In this document: positions 12,564-25,649 of the stretch, in pieces | Layout: each line of letters begins with the position of its first letter | Position numbering within the stretch: the first letter of the stretch is position 1 | Source: Octopus vulgaris | Lineage: Eukaryota | DNA: 64,000 bases | Direction: 5' to 3' | NCBI GenBank assembly: GCA_951406725.2 | Contig: OX597821.1 | Coordinates: forward strand, 55,924,001-55,988,000 | The notes under the pieces: model-generated | The model's input: the letters and a program-made list of their open reading frames with translations, nothing else | What the model was told of the DNA's origin: nothing | The model's database searches: none | Translations under genes and position numbers: made by a program

Positions 12564-13717
12564 TGAGGATTGACTGAAAAGTTCATAGACTAACAAAAAT
12601 ACTCTAATGGAATGTGGCCAAATGATGTTTATTTTTTTCAATATAACTCCCTTGCAGTCCCTACAGTTATTCCATTGGGGTTGCAGTTCTTAGATCCAAT
12701 TGATGAAGAAGCTTTCATCCAATTTGTCAAAAAATATCAACAGCAGATGTTGCCATCATCACTTCAGTTTCAAACCAAGAGCTTTTTCATGTTGGGAAAC
12801 AAATGATAGGACTTGTGTGCTGGAGTATTGTCCTGATAAAACAAGACTCCCTTTCATCAGTTTTTCTGGGTGTTTGGTCTTGATAGCCTTTTGTAACTTG
12901 TCTCAGCACATAGGCATAACACTCTCCACTGATAGTGTGGCACTTTTGAAGGTAGTCAATAAACACAATGTCTTTTGTATCCCACCACATTGAGGCCATC
13001 ACCTTCCCTGCAGACGAAACAACTTTGCTCTTCCATGGAGCAGGTGAGAAAGGGTGTTTCTACTGCATTGGTTGTCTCTTAGTCTCTGGCTCAAAGTGAC
13101 GAAGTCAACACTCATTCTGGCATAGGAAATGTTCAAGGAAACCAACTGGATCTACCTCAAACAATGTCAGATTTTTCAGTGATGTGACCAGCCTGGTGAG
13201 CTTCAATCATGTGTCAGAAGACAAAGCACCCACCAGGCAGAAACCTTCATCATGCCAAGTTCATTGTGCAGAATATTCTCAAATCTCTCATGGGACATGC
13301 TAATAGAATGGCTATTTGATTCATAGTCAATCACCAAGTGGTGAATACAATCAATGTTTTCCTTGGTGGTGGCAGTTGCAGGATGTCCAGACCTTGGGTC
13401 ATCTTAAAAACTCTTCCCCCTCTCCTAAATTCAGATGCCCACTTTTGCACTATTGATAAAGTTGGATCATCATTCTCTAATGCAGCATGAATGTCCTTTT
13501 CTGCAGATACTTGATAACACCATGATGCCAAATTTTACCCATTTTCGAGAGAAGTTGCTACTAGTTACTTTTGAGTCTTCTTTGAACAGTTAGGTGTCAG
13601 TTTATCTTCAAAGAAACAATGCAGTTTTTAATAAGAATTTAAATTAATGCATGCTAGATTCTACAGCTTTAGCATTACTCCTTCATAGTCAGATACGAAC
13701 TTTTCAGCCCATTCTTG
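12564..13717 (-). mobile_element. Decayed mariner (Tc1/mariner) transposon
   Basis: Transposase fragments MASMWWDTKDIVFIDYLQK and PTLSIVQKWASEFRRG. Imperfect TIRs (tgaggattgactgaaaagttc / gaacttttcagcccattcttg) flanked by TA. Confidence 0.8.
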
Positions 13718-13754
13718 TACATTAACACGGTTAATATAATTAATGTCTAATTAC

Positions 13755-14252
13755 TTATCAAAATCATCAGTCTCTTGTTTCTCAGTACGTTCTGGTTTCT
13801 CTAATTTCTCTGAACGGTCTGGCTTCTCATGGCGCTCAAACTTGTCTGCTTTCTCATGGCGCTCAAACTTGTCAGCTTTCTCATGGCGCTCAAACTTGTC
13901 AGCTTTCTCATGGCGTTCAAACTTGTCAGCTTTCTCATGGCGTTCAAACTTGTCAGCTTTCTCATGGCGTTCAAATTTCTCTGTTTTCTCATGTCGCTCA
14001 AATTTGTCTGGCTTCTCATAGCGCTCAAATTTGTCCGGCTTCTCATGGCGCTCAAACTTGTCCGGCTTCTCGTGACGCTCAAACTTGTCCGCCTTCTCAT
14101 GGCGCTCAAACTTGTCCTGTCTTTCGATACGATCAAACTTGTCCTGTCTCTCATGTTTGGACTGTTTGTCATGTCTTGACTTCTTATCATCACGACAATT
14201 GTTACTGTTGTTGTTGTTGCCATTAGCTTGGTAACATTTGTTGCGGTCATGA
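13755..14252 (-). CDS. UPF3: UPF3 coding exon 9, containing ~12 x 27-bp repeats (DKFERHEK[A/P/T])
   Basis: Acceptor ttttccag|T and donor AA|gtaatt. 498 nt, phase 2-2, open in the frame continuing exon 8. Confidence 0.8.
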
Positions 14253-14820
14253 CTGGAAAAGAAAACAAATAATTAACCATTAAGCACAAAGTTGAAAACC
14301 ATACATTTGGAGAGTAACATTCCAGAAATTAGTGACAGATTGTGTGATCATCATCATCATCATCATCGTTTAGCGTCCGTTTTCCATGCTAGCATGGGTT
14401 GGACGGATAGTGATAGTGATAGCTATACACTAAATGCTGTGATGATGATGTTTTGACTAGGAACAGAGTTAATTAGTAAGATAAAGAAACGATTGAATTA
14501 ATTAAAGTATCTCTATCCCTTTCCAGGAAGGACATTCGAAATGTGGGACAGATCGTATGATGCTTGTGTATAAAAGGTGACATTGCATCGTAGTGAAACA
14601 CAGGAACTCAATATTACCACTGGTCAATCAATACCTATACTAGCAATGCACAATAAGATTCAACACAGCTACAATATAAGAGATCACTACTTTTTAACCA
14701 TCCAGGCTTGGTTTAAAACATACATTGCATTAAGCAATTAGCCTTGGTCAATATCTTTCAGTAAAAGTTGTAAGGAAATTATAAAGATAAATAAAAGAAT
14801 CGAAGAAAAAGGACACCAAC

Positions 14821-15158
14821 CCATATTTGTCCCTGTTTGACTTCGGCCGATCAGCTTTATCATCTCTGTTCTTGCTTTTGTCCATACATCGGTCATCTTT
14901 AATAGTCTTAAACTTACTGTCAGATTTATCGTTTATTCGGTCATCTTTGGAATACTTGTTACGCTCACCAAAACGACCCTCTCTTCCAGTCTTAAGCCTA
15001 TCTTGACCTTGCCGATCTATTTTGATTTTCTCACGGTTTTCTTTTGAAAAGCGGAGTTTTTCTCTCTCTTTTATGGGTTTATCCAATTCATCTTTGCACC
15101 GTATTAAATCACATTCATCCTTTTGTTTCTCCATTTCTCGTTCAGGGTTCTTTAAAAG
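14821..15158 (-). CDS. UPF3: UPF3 coding exon 8 (LLKNPEREMEKQKD...RDKY)
   Basis: Acceptor ttttctcag|CTT and donor GG|gttggt. 338 nt. LLKNPER continues PIK from exon 7, similar to the KLLKKPE segment of vertebrate UPF3. Confidence 0.85.
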
Positions 15159-15299
15159 CTGAGAAAATAAAGACAAAACTGTTACCATCATCATTATCAC
15201 AAGTACCTTTCTCTTAAATAATATATACTTAGGGCATTTGCATAGAGATTTGAATTCTTGTTAGTCCTGCTGATTTTAGGACATAAGACATTTAGAGGT

Positions 15300-16540
15300 G
15301 GATATACAGAAGTATTTTCCTGTTGTTATTTCAAGGCCACAGGGGAATTTGGACTCAATGCAAATTAATGTATCACCCATTTATTTTATAGTGTTTCCAA
15401 TCAAGCAATGACCTACAGTATCTAACTACAGCTAATGCAGCCAGGTTGTTGCTAGAAGTGACTGGAGCTAACAAAAGCCAAGCTATCATTTAAAACAACA
15501 TTCACATATTTACAGATACAATATTCATCACACTTCATAAATCTTCTGCCTAGACGTAATGTCCACATGTAACCTAGATACTTTACACCAAACTTTCAAT
15601 GGAGCAAAACCAATTTAATCTCAACATCACCAACAACAACCACTAAAGATATAATTTTACAACTGATATATATCTAGCATCATGTCCAAACTCAGTATTT
15701 ACATTTATCTGACACTGCTAATGCTCCCAGTAGGATTATGCCCATGTAGATGAAGCCATGATAGGATATAATAAGGGTAAGGTACATTTTCAACAATATA
15801 TGCCTGCTAAACCCACTAAATGGGGCATCAAAGTATGGGAGGTATATGAATCAGACACAGGGTATTGTGACAATTTTGATATTTACACTAGGAAAAAAAT
15901 ATAATGGAAACAGACCAAATGGGTTATGATGTATGGTCTCTAACTTAACCATTTCACGATCAACACCAACACCTGTATTTTTACTCTCAGTGGCTGTGGT
16001 GGAACATCATGTCCTTGTAAATACCTATATGTAGTACTGTGATGAGCAAATCACAAAGGGAACATTCTCCAGATGCAAAAAGAAAATTTTCTATCATTTT
16101 ACACAAGGACAAAAGACAAATTTTACTTTTATCTACCAATGAACAGATGTTAGCACTGAGAAGAAAACTACCATAAATAATTCATATAATAAACATATAG
16201 TTAGTGCGGATAAATTTGATTAGTATGGGGCACACTACCCAGTTGGATGACCTGGAAAAAATGGTGGAGGTACATTTTGTGGTTCTTATTTAGTTCAACT
16301 TTTGTTAGTACATATATTGTGTATGTAAAAAGCCACAAAGTATCTCCACCACTAAATGACTACTGCCATACGAAATTTCAGGTTGCATCGCATCTCAGTT
16401 GCATGGGGGAATTTTCTTCCACAAAGCACAGACAGGGAGAAAAGCCAAATTAACAAATGGAAAAGATAAATGGAAGAAAGAAAGTTTATAGACAATGTTA
16501 ATTACCAAAAAGAAAAACAGCTAAAAGGTGTCAAGTTGTC
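15300..16540 (+). mobile_element. piggyBac-like (PGBD-type) transposase relic
   Basis: Fragments VDEAMIGY, KGKVHFQQYMPAKPTKWGIKVW, ESDTGYCDNFDIYT, YNKH..ADKFD and TWKKWWRYILWFL, with many stops and frameshifts. Confidence 0.8.
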
Positions 16541-16618
16541 AAGTGCCCTTGTATAATGAATGGGTTTTTGGACAATTCCATCACAGAAATATGGCATATT
16601 TTCTGGTTTGATAGAAGT

Positions 16619-16850
16619 CATCATCATCGTTTAACGTCCGTTTTCCGTGCTAGCACAAGTTGGACGGTTCGACCAGGGTCTGGGAAGCCAGGAAGCTGCA
16701 CCAGGCTCCAGTGTGATCTGGCAGTGTTTCTACAGCTGGATGCCCTTCCTAACGCCAACCACTCCATGAGTGTAGTGGGTGCTTTTTACGTGCCACCGGC
16801 ACAGGTATCACAACTACTATTTCCATTTGATATTTATTTCGATGTTCATG
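16619..16850 (-). mobile_element. RTE 3'-end fragment
   Basis: catcatcatcgtttaacgtccg...gcccttcctaacgccaaccactcc is the reverse complement of the RTE tail. Confidence 0.85.
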
Positions 16851-18876
16851 AATCGAAATAAATACAATTATATATTCCTTTCACTTTATTACAAATAATA
16901 TGTGAAGTTGAGAAATACATATAAATTGTGTTCTTGAGCAAGACATTTAATTTCACATTGTTCCAGTCCCCCTTTGATCAAAGTGGATTGTTGGCCTGCT
17001 TGCCTAGCCATTGGATTGACATCATTTGAAGGCTGAAACAATGCAAAGGCGCATTGTGTCCAGCAACATGTAACATCTGATAACCTGGTTGGTCATGTGA
17101 CATTCTGTTGTGTGAACATACGCATTAAACTGTATAAGAATACATTGCTAACCGTATACTGACAAATAAAAGAGGCTTTTTATATGTTATTTTCAATGAA
17201 AATATTTTAATGAAATATAGAGAAAGAATAAAGTCTTGTGCTGATTATACCTGTATTTTAATTAATCCACATTAATATACCTAATCTCAAAGAGTGACAA
17301 AACTGTTTGCAGTTGACATCTGGGATAATTTAGGAGCAAAAAAAAAAAAAAAACAGGTATGATACACAGTGTTTATCCATAAAGTTATTGCTTTTACACC
17401 TGGTAATTAATTTTACCTCCCTGTACAGGTCAAATTTAACCAAAAAGATCAAGAAACAATTAACTGAAAAGCATTGGTATTCAAGCACCTACTACCAAAT
17501 TTTCAAGTCTGTATATAAAAAGATTAACAAAGTTACAAACAAATATTGTAGATACCCCCCTTGAACCTGATGAATTCAAAATAATGCAGACAAATAAGCA
17601 ATTACATTTGATAATGTAATCTGAATGCTAAAGGGTTGAGAGAAAAATTGGGTGCAAGAGGCATTAGATCTATTGTGCAAGAGAAAACATTGTGCTGGTA
17701 TGGTCATGTGATGCCTAAGGATGAGAACAGTTGCATAAAGAAGTCCTGATCCCTAATTGTGGAGGGAGACTGTGAAAGGAGTAGACCCAAGAAGATGAAG
17801 TGGTGAGAAATGATCTTTGGATGTTGAGCCTTAGAGAAGATGACAAGTGACTGAAACTTCTTGCAATTTGCTGTACTTGAGAAAACATGTCAAGCTAAGT
17901 GAAATTGTGGCCATCCAGACACACAATCATGTCCTTTATGACCAGGGCTCCCCTCCCACATACATATTTGTCTTGTAAAAACTCACCCATCTTCCCAACA
18001 CCCATTGCAGGCCCCACCCCTTCATTCTCCCTTATGCACCACCCTACCCACTGCAGACCCCCACCACTCTCTCTCAAGTGTCCATCTGCACATCCTCTCT
18101 GCCCTCACACATTTATCTTACCCCTTCCAGCCACTCCAATTTCTCTCATGCTCCTCTATCTCCTTTATATACTCCCCTGCACTGTTCCCTGTAGGAAGAC
18201 TCCAATACATTTTCTTTCTTTCTCACTCTGGCTGTCCCTGAATCTTTCCCTCTCTCCTACCTTCCTTCTCTTTTCTTGTCCTACAGAGGAAGCAAAGTAT
18301 CACCAGTACAATAAAACAACTATCTCTGTCCTCTTCATTATACTCTAACCCCTCACTTGGCACACAGCCACTTTCCTTGGTTCCACTCCTCTCTCAACAA
18401 AGAGGTCTTTGCTTTGCAAGCTACTTGGCAACCCTGTTTGTGCCATGTAAAAAGCACCCAGTACACTCTGTAATGTAGCTGGCATTAGGAAGGACATCCA
18501 GCCATAGAAATCATGCCAAAACAAACAACTGGAGCTTGGTGTAGCCTTACGGTTTGCCAGCTACTGTCAAAACCATTCAACCCATGCCAGCATGGAATAT
18601 GAAAGTTAAAAGATGATGATGGAGCTCATGCAACTTTGGTAAAACAACATATAAAATTAATGAACATTACTTCTCCAGATAAACACTTCCATCCTAGTTA
18701 GCTGCACAAATCTACTTTTCCTGTGCTCATCATCCTAACTTTGTATCACCTCAACAAATATTTTTCCTGTTTTCTGCTACAAGTGAAACAAATTGCCAAT
18801 GACAGTGATAGCAACATCCATGTAAGTATTGTTGCTATATTAACTATACATATAACTTTAAGCCTACAACACAAAC

Positions 18877-19020
18877 CTTGATAGGTTGCTCATCTTTCTT
18901 CAGTTCTTTTTCTTTCAGTTTTTCTTTATCTCTCTTCTCTTTCTCTTTCCGACGTCGTTTCTCTTCATCTCTTGCCTTTCTTCGTTCTTGTTCTCGCTTC
19001 TTCCGGTCTTCTCTCTGCCT
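18877..19020 (-). CDS. UPF3: UPF3 coding exon 7 (RQREDRKKREQERR...EQPIK)
   Basis: Acceptor ttaattcag and donor AAG|gtttgt. 144 nt, charged coiled-coil typical of the UPF3 middle domain. Confidence 0.9.
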
Positions 19021-19820
19021 CTGAATTAACGAAATTAGAACATATCAAGTTGTCTACGTAAATGATTCTTCAAATTTTGGTGGGTGGTATAGTTTAAAAT
19101 ATCTACCACAAATCTGGATTGTTACAAGGCCACAAATTTGCAGAAGAGGAATATACCATACTAAATTGAGCCCAGTGATGACAGTTATTCTATGAACCTG
19201 AATGCATAAAAGACAAATTTGAATTCAGAACTTGGGACAGAAACACTACATGGCATTTAGTGTAGCACCACCATTTCTGTTATTAAAAACAAACAATAGC
19301 AATGTATCATTTATAGTTTAGTCTCAGATCTGTTCTAATTGGGTAAGCAATGACATTCCAATAATAATCATTCAGTCTTATTCCCAACAATGTGTTTAGG
19401 ACTATTATCCAATGCAGTCTTCAAGATTTTTAAGATGGTGAAGTATAATTGAGAGAGCCTCGTTTGATATTTCTACAAAGGCCAGAAATCATCATGAGTC
19501 AATTTTCAAGTCATATCAAGAACGTTTCTGTCATGAGCCAAGTCCACATAAAGATTTTAACATTGTAAACCAATGAAGCACTTGCCAATTTCATAAGATA
19601 GCCTCTTCTGTCTATAGTGAATCCTGCTTTTTGTGTGTTACCTTCTATAATGTTGTGAAATACGTGTGTCCATAGTTTCCTCATATATTCAGAACACTGC
19701 AGTTAATTTGGGGAAAACTTTTCATGAGATAGTGAATGGGAGCCATGGAATTGATGAAATTACTTTAAAATTATTAAAAATCAATTTATCAAGAATTACA
19801 AATAACAATAAGTCTCTTAC

Positions 19821-19903
19821 TTGTAAACTGGCTTTCTTTTCTTCTCGTTTACGCTTAATGAATTCAATTAATGGAGTTGTCATCTTGGGTACACCATGAT
19901 TGG
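19821..19903 (-). CDS. UPF3: UPF3 coding exon 6 (ANHGVPKMTTPLIEFIKRKREEKKASLQ)
   Basis: Conserved TTPL..F.K motif, AG/GT boundaries, 83 nt. Confidence 0.92.
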
Positions 19904-20267
19904 CTGAAAATATCAACATTATATTATTACAAGTATATCAATAACAAAGTGCTCTTTTTGGTTTGGTAACAAAATCTGTGGTAGCTATCATAACGGTGAT
20001 GACAATTGTTGTAATGATACGAAACTGAATATACTTAGTTTCACATTGTTAAATATGCTATCATGGATAAAAGGTGGCTAGCTCGGTGTCTGCAGGTACT
20101 AAAATTGAATAGACAACCAACTTTAACCCTGCATTGCATTATTGTACTGCCTGTATGACATATTAACAATCAATAGTGTAATGATTAGCAGCCACAAAAT
20201 CTATTTATCAACTAATTTGAGATCAATGCTACAGTGTTAGAGTAATAACTTCTGGCAATTCTCCTAC

Positions 20268-20378
20268 CTTTTAGCTCTTTTCTTTTATTTTCCAGTTCTT
20301 CCAAATAAGATTCAATTGGTACAGTTGGTTCAGAATGAGGATTCTTTATATTTTCAACAAACTTTTGGAATTCAGAAT
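20268..20378 (-). CDS. UPF3: UPF3 coding exon 5 (DSEFQKFVENI...LEELENKRKELK)
   Basis: AG/GT boundaries, 111 nt, phase 1-1. Similar to the vertebrate DPEYRKFLE...LLEEIE segment. Confidence 0.92.
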
Positions 20379-20879
20379 CTTTAAAGAAATAATGTAAATA
20401 ACGATATAAAAAAAAATTGAAGAGATAGCAGGCTTTATTTTTGAAAGTAAATTGTTGTCATTATTGCCGACATCATCATTTAACATTTGTTTTCCATGTT
20501 GGCAAGCTAGAGAGCTGCACCAGGTTCCAGTCTGATTTGGCTTGGTTTCTATGGCTGGATGCCCTTTCTAGTGCCAGCCACTTTACAGAGTCTACTGAGT
20601 ATTCTTCGTGTAACACTGGCCTAAGTACTTTTACCATGACCCAGCATGGATGCTTCTTACATGGCACCAACATGGGTGCTTTTTATATGGCACTGGCACA
20701 AGTGCCTTTTAGTCAACACCAACCCAGACAGCTTTATGTGACACTAGCACTGGTGCTTTTTATGTGACACTGGCATGAGGCTCTTGCAGACCAAAACCCT
20801 TTTAGTTGGGAGGGAGGTATTAACAAGTCTGCTGTGGTGGATAGGTCTACATGAGTACAGGAAGGTGCCAGATATCTCA

Positions 20880-21680
20880 GTCCTTTATCATCTCCTCTGT
20901 AAAGTTCAATGTCCTCAGATGAGATAGGACTTCAGGACATTCCATGTCTTCCTGGGTTTCCCTCTTCCACGAGTTCCATCTACTTTTAGTGACTGACACT
21001 TTTTTGTGCAGCTATCTACATCCATCCACATCATAGCACCAAACCAGTGCAGTTTTCTCTCCTGTACACAGCAACCAATTCCTCTTATGCCTAACTTTTC
21101 TCTTAATACACTAGCACTCTGTCACACATGTACACTTACATTGCACATCCAGTGGAGCATACTAGCCTCACTCCTCTCTAGCCCTTGCAAGCCTTCTACA
21201 TTCAGGACTCAAGTCTCACTACCATGAAGTATTGTTGTTTGTACACATGCATTATACAATCTTCCTTTGACTGCCAAGAGAAGTAAAAGCTCTCTGAATT
21301 TCTCCATCCTATTTTTATTCTAGAGATTACACTTTCTGTGCATGCTCCCCCACTATTAATTAGATCCCCTTGGTAGCAGAAATTATTCACTTCCTCTAAA
21401 GAACCTCCAGGGCATTTGAGACTATCCATTTCCTGAGTATCTGTAGTTTTTGTGGCTCCTGTGCACAATCCATATATGAACACCACTTCCTATTCTTTCA
21501 CTCCACCTCTTAGGTGTCCATAACTTGAACTGGGTACATCATATGAAATTCCTACCAACACTTTTCCTACATATAAAGCAGAACCTTTTACCTGAAGGGA
21601 ATAGGATCTTAGGATCCTGTCTTTTTTCATGCTCACTAAAACCATAATCTTGGCTCTGATACCAGATTTTGCTTCCACAT
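20880..21680 (-). mobile_element. Old RTE LINE fragment
   Basis: LEEVNNFCYQGDLINSGGACTESVISRIKIGWR and ASMLHWMCNVSV, homologous to 2200-2500. Confidence 0.8.
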
Positions 21681-21871
21681 CTGGTGGAGTCTCAGGTTAA
21701 ATGACAAAAATAACAGAACCTCAGATGGAATTTTAGTCGACATCCAACTGAAACTTTGGCACAGTAATCAACATTCATCATGCAATTACACACAAAAACA
21801 TAATGCCTTAGAGTAAAAATTCCATTGCTTTATCCATTTTAGATTAAGAGAAAAAAATGAAGAAGAAATAC

Positions 21872-21970
21872 CTTGGTCTATAGTTCCTTTTTTGGTATCT
21901 GCTTTCCTCATTTTTTTCTTGGGAACTTTCTGGAATGGAGCAAATTCTACCACCGCTGGATATTCATTGC
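21872..21970 (-). CDS. UPF3: UPF3 coding exon 4 (GNEYPAVVEFAPFQKVPKKK...KGTIDQ)
   Basis: Diagnostic EYPAVVEFAPFQK motif, AG/GT boundaries, 99 nt. Confidence 0.97.
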
Positions 21971-23021
21971 CTACAAATTGATAAAAAACATAGGACTATA
22001 CAAATAAACATTGTTAGATGTGAAAACAACCGAAGTACTATCTTGTAATTCAAGGCCATAGATTATTTCATAGAAGATACAAATTAATAACAAAAATTAT
22101 TTTACAGTAGAATCAAATTAGCCACATAAACAGCATATACACTACTTTATTACTACTTTGTTGTCTTAACTGTCAATTAATATTCATGTTCCATGCTAGC
22201 ATGAGTTGGATGGTTTGATAGGAAGCAAATGGTTGGAAGACTGCATCTAGCACCAATGTCTGTTTTGGCATGTTTTCTACAGTCGAATGCCTTTCCTAAC
22301 AACAAGCACTCTACAGCATGTAACAGATGCATATGTTACGATAATTGTCACTGTTGAGTTGATTAAAACTAGTCTCATCTTAATTAACTTATTGCATGCT
22401 CTACCTCAATTATTTCACCCATTTCTCAGCTAACAGTATGCCTACCTCATTCTTGCTGTCACTGTTACTAGCCCAGAAGAATTTGTACAGCCGTCTCTTG
22501 CCTGTTAGGAGTTTGGTTGAAGATCCTTTCTCCTTTATATCTCTTGCACACAGCACACATCTACTTGTCTCTGCTTCAGTATTTCTAAAATCCCCCCTGA
22601 ACTACTTTACATCATGCCTACATTTATGGTTGCAGCCTAAAAGTTTTGGAACCGACAGGAAGAGGAAGGGTCTTTAGTAGTTGTTGCTCATTACAGCTGG
22701 CTTGGTAACGAAAGTGTTAAAACAAATCTCATTTCAGGAGCAGGAAAATCAAACTTTGTTTGTGAACAGTAATCAAACTGAGGATAAAAGGCAAAACCAA
22801 CTTCAATTGTTACTAGACATTGTAACACACATTACTATTTCAAACTCAAAATTGGCAGGCATTTCATTAGTTTGCAATAAGCTGAAATCTGGTGATGGTC
22901 CAAGAGAAGGAAATAAGAAATTAACTCAAAGCCCAATAAGTGACATTAATATTATTAGACTTATGAAGTAAACAAAATAATAAAGAAGATTATTTATATA
23001 CTGTAACAATAATCAACATAC

Positions 23022-23128
23022 CTTTTTTGTCCACAAAAACATATCCATCAAATTTATCTTTAAATGTGCAAATATCCTCTGCACAAGGAAAATTGATGTA
23101 AGCTCGAGTAAAAGCATTCACGCCAAGA
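23022..23128 (-). CDS. UPF3: UPF3 coding exon 3 (SLGVNAFTRAYINF...FKDKFDGYVFVDKK)
   Basis: RAYINF and FDGYVF.D motifs of the UPF3 RRM-like domain, AG/GT boundaries, 107 nt. Confidence 0.97.
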
Positions 23129-24153
23129 CTAAGAAAAACAAAAGCAAAAAGAGATGAGAAAATAAAGATACAAAATAGTTGTTAAGTATAGATGAAATTA
23201 TTTTATTCAGTTATAGTATAAACTTTTAAGGTTATTCATTAATTCATAATTATCATGAATTTTCCTTTTCATCCATTACCACCAACCTATTTGAACACTC
23301 ATGCACTTGTGCTAACAAAGGAACCTCTGTGTGATTGTTCAATCCACCAAAAATAGTGGGTAAATTACCCTTAAATCATATCCTATTGTCTTATGAAGAA
23401 AACACTAGACAATGCTGTCAGGAGATAAAAAAAATTATGTACTTGTGAATTCACTTCTCCACATTTAAATTTTTAAGAAAAATTAGTAAATGATTTTGTG
23501 AACTCCAACTGATTCACTGATTACAACCACTTTTCTCTCAACAGTTTGCTTTGTCTGGATTATCACATTCCAGGTTTATCCTTATGTGATAACTATCAAT
23601 TTCAACTTCACATACTTTCTCTTTATCATACTTAACTTTTCTCTTTTTCATTTTAAAATTTGATTGAACCAAAGCCATCTTCCAGCTATTTATTTCCCTA
23701 TACTTACACCATGTACACACAACATCACTGTAATTAAGTTGATTTCAATCACAATATGTTAACTGGCTAAGTTTTTAGTCTACAACACTCAAATTTTCTC
23801 TAAGTACTCTCATTTGCAGCTTATGTACCTTGAATGATGATATACAGTCAACAATGAAATATCTCTTCTAAGCACAAAGATACGGTTACTTTAGAGTTGA
23901 ATGATATCATGATAACAATTAATTCTTTAATTCTTCAAACAGGAGCTACCGTTGACCCTGATGAAGCAGGTCATCAATGACATTTTAGTCATTATCATCC
24001 CATCTTATTTTTCAGTCTTAACGTACCTAACACAACATTAAATAACAAATCCATTTTATTAAAGTTGTGATTTGATGGAAATTTGACTGCTATTCAGTGG
24101 TAATAATCAGTGAATCAGATCTGAAACACATACACACATATATATACATATAC

Positions 24154-24207
24154 AAAGTTGATGTAAGCTCGGGTAAAAGCATTCATGCCAAGACTAAGAA
24201 AAACAAA
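24154..24207 (-). repeat. Intronic duplicate of the UPF3 exon-3 acceptor and the first ~40 exon bases
   Basis: aaagttgatgtaagctcgggtaaaagcattcatgccaagactaagaaaaacaaa versus ~23089-23142 aaaattgatgtaagctcgagtaaaagcattcacgccaagactaagaaaaacaaa (3 differences). Confidence 0.9.
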
Positions 24208-25153
24208 TGGGCCAATCCATACCAACATGGACAATGGACATTAAATGATGAGGAGGAGGATACACATACACATCATATACATGTACACTTATTATATACA
24301 TTTATCACCATCACCATTTAACATTTGTCTTCTATATTGGCATGGCCTGTAATTTTGAACAGGATATGATGAGCTGGAAGATTGTATTATGACTCCAATG
24401 TTTACTTTGGCATGCTTTCTATGGCTAGATGCCTTTCCTAAGTCAAATCAGAGAGTGCACTGGGTGCTTTGAACGATGTTGATGATGATATAGAGGAAGG
24501 ATGCGAAACAGGGAGTTGACGGGTGTGAGGAGGGTGAATAAATATTGCAAGAGTGTGTGGGGATAAAGTTGGAGGTGGTGAGAGGTACATAGGAGTGAAT
24601 CAACAGGAAGAGATTCAAAGGAGAGGGATCGTTAATTAGCAATACAAAGAAAGGGTGATAGACAAAAATCATGAGCAGGAAGAGACTATGTTAAGTATGC
24701 ATTTCAAAACAGTGATTCCAGGGAGTGGAAGAACTAACTAGTAGTGCAGGAAAAGATGATTTCAATTACTGTAGTAGTTAGGACAGAGATGAGTTATGGG
24801 GAGATGAGCAGATGGAAAAGGCTTGACAGGAACAAACTGGGTGAGCTCAGTTGTCTGAAAAACATATTATGGTTCCAAGACCACAGTTTTGGTGTGACGT
24901 CATCTCGAACCCATGTATTACCAATTATGTCCAGTCCTTTATCATCTCCTCAATGAGGATCAAAATTCAGAGATCACATATATCTAAGTTCAATATTCTT
25001 GTGTACTTTTAATGCTTTTATTATGTTTAAAACCTTAATCACAGTAAAAGTTTTTAGTTTGTTATAGGTTCTTTGAAATAAAATTATTATTTAACCAAGA
25101 GATGTATAACAGAGAAAAACATTAAAAAAAAGGGGTCTTGATTCATACTATAC

Positions 25154-25260
25154 CTCATATCTGCCTTCACATAATAGAAATAATCATAAGCAGGGAGTGG
25201 CAAAATTTGTTCCAGGAATATCTCAGGTGAAAGAGATGGTGGTAAGCGTCGGATAACAAC
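25154..25260 (-). CDS. UPF3: UPF3 coding exon 2 (VVIRRLPPSLSPEIFLEQILPLPAYDYFYYVKADM)
   Basis: Diagnostic VVIRRLPP motif, ttttcag acceptor, AG|gtatag donor, 107 nt. Confidence 0.97.
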
Positions 25261-25649
25261 CTGAAAATATAAATTAAAAGGAATGTGATGGTTCATTTCA
25301 CAACTATGATTAGCTGAGAACAGCTGAGGCAGCTGAATTAGAGGAACAGAATGAAGGAATAATAGGTTATTGCCTACCATTGATGCTGACCGATGTCACT
25401 AGCTCAGTTGAATGAGTTAACATGAGTAAGTACAGCTTATTCCTGCCACAACATTACATCGTCATCAGATATCATCAATTATTAGCATGGTTTTTACAGA
25501 TGGAAGCACTTCCTAATGCCAGCTACTTTACATCGTGTACTGGATGCATTTTTTGTAGCACCAGCACCAAGAGAGTCACCAAGCAACTTGCAAGACAAAG
25601 TAGCCTCAACCAGAGAGAGCAATATTGAGGGAAGTGGATTTGTGATAAT

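Noticed and set aside
13815-14145. CRISPR-like array
   Set aside because: Contiguous tandem units with no unique spacers, inside a eukaryotic exon, and no cas genes.
13743-14289. Listed repetitive ORFs (SNLSAFSWR, MALKLVSFL, TSLSAMR frames)
   Set aside because: These are alternative frames or the opposite strand of the 27-bp repeat. Splice phases select the DKFERHEK frame of UPF3.
23958-23990. Isolated CTGATGA (also at 11584 and 17568)
   Set aside because: No paired stem II followed by GAAA and no cleavage triplet geometry.
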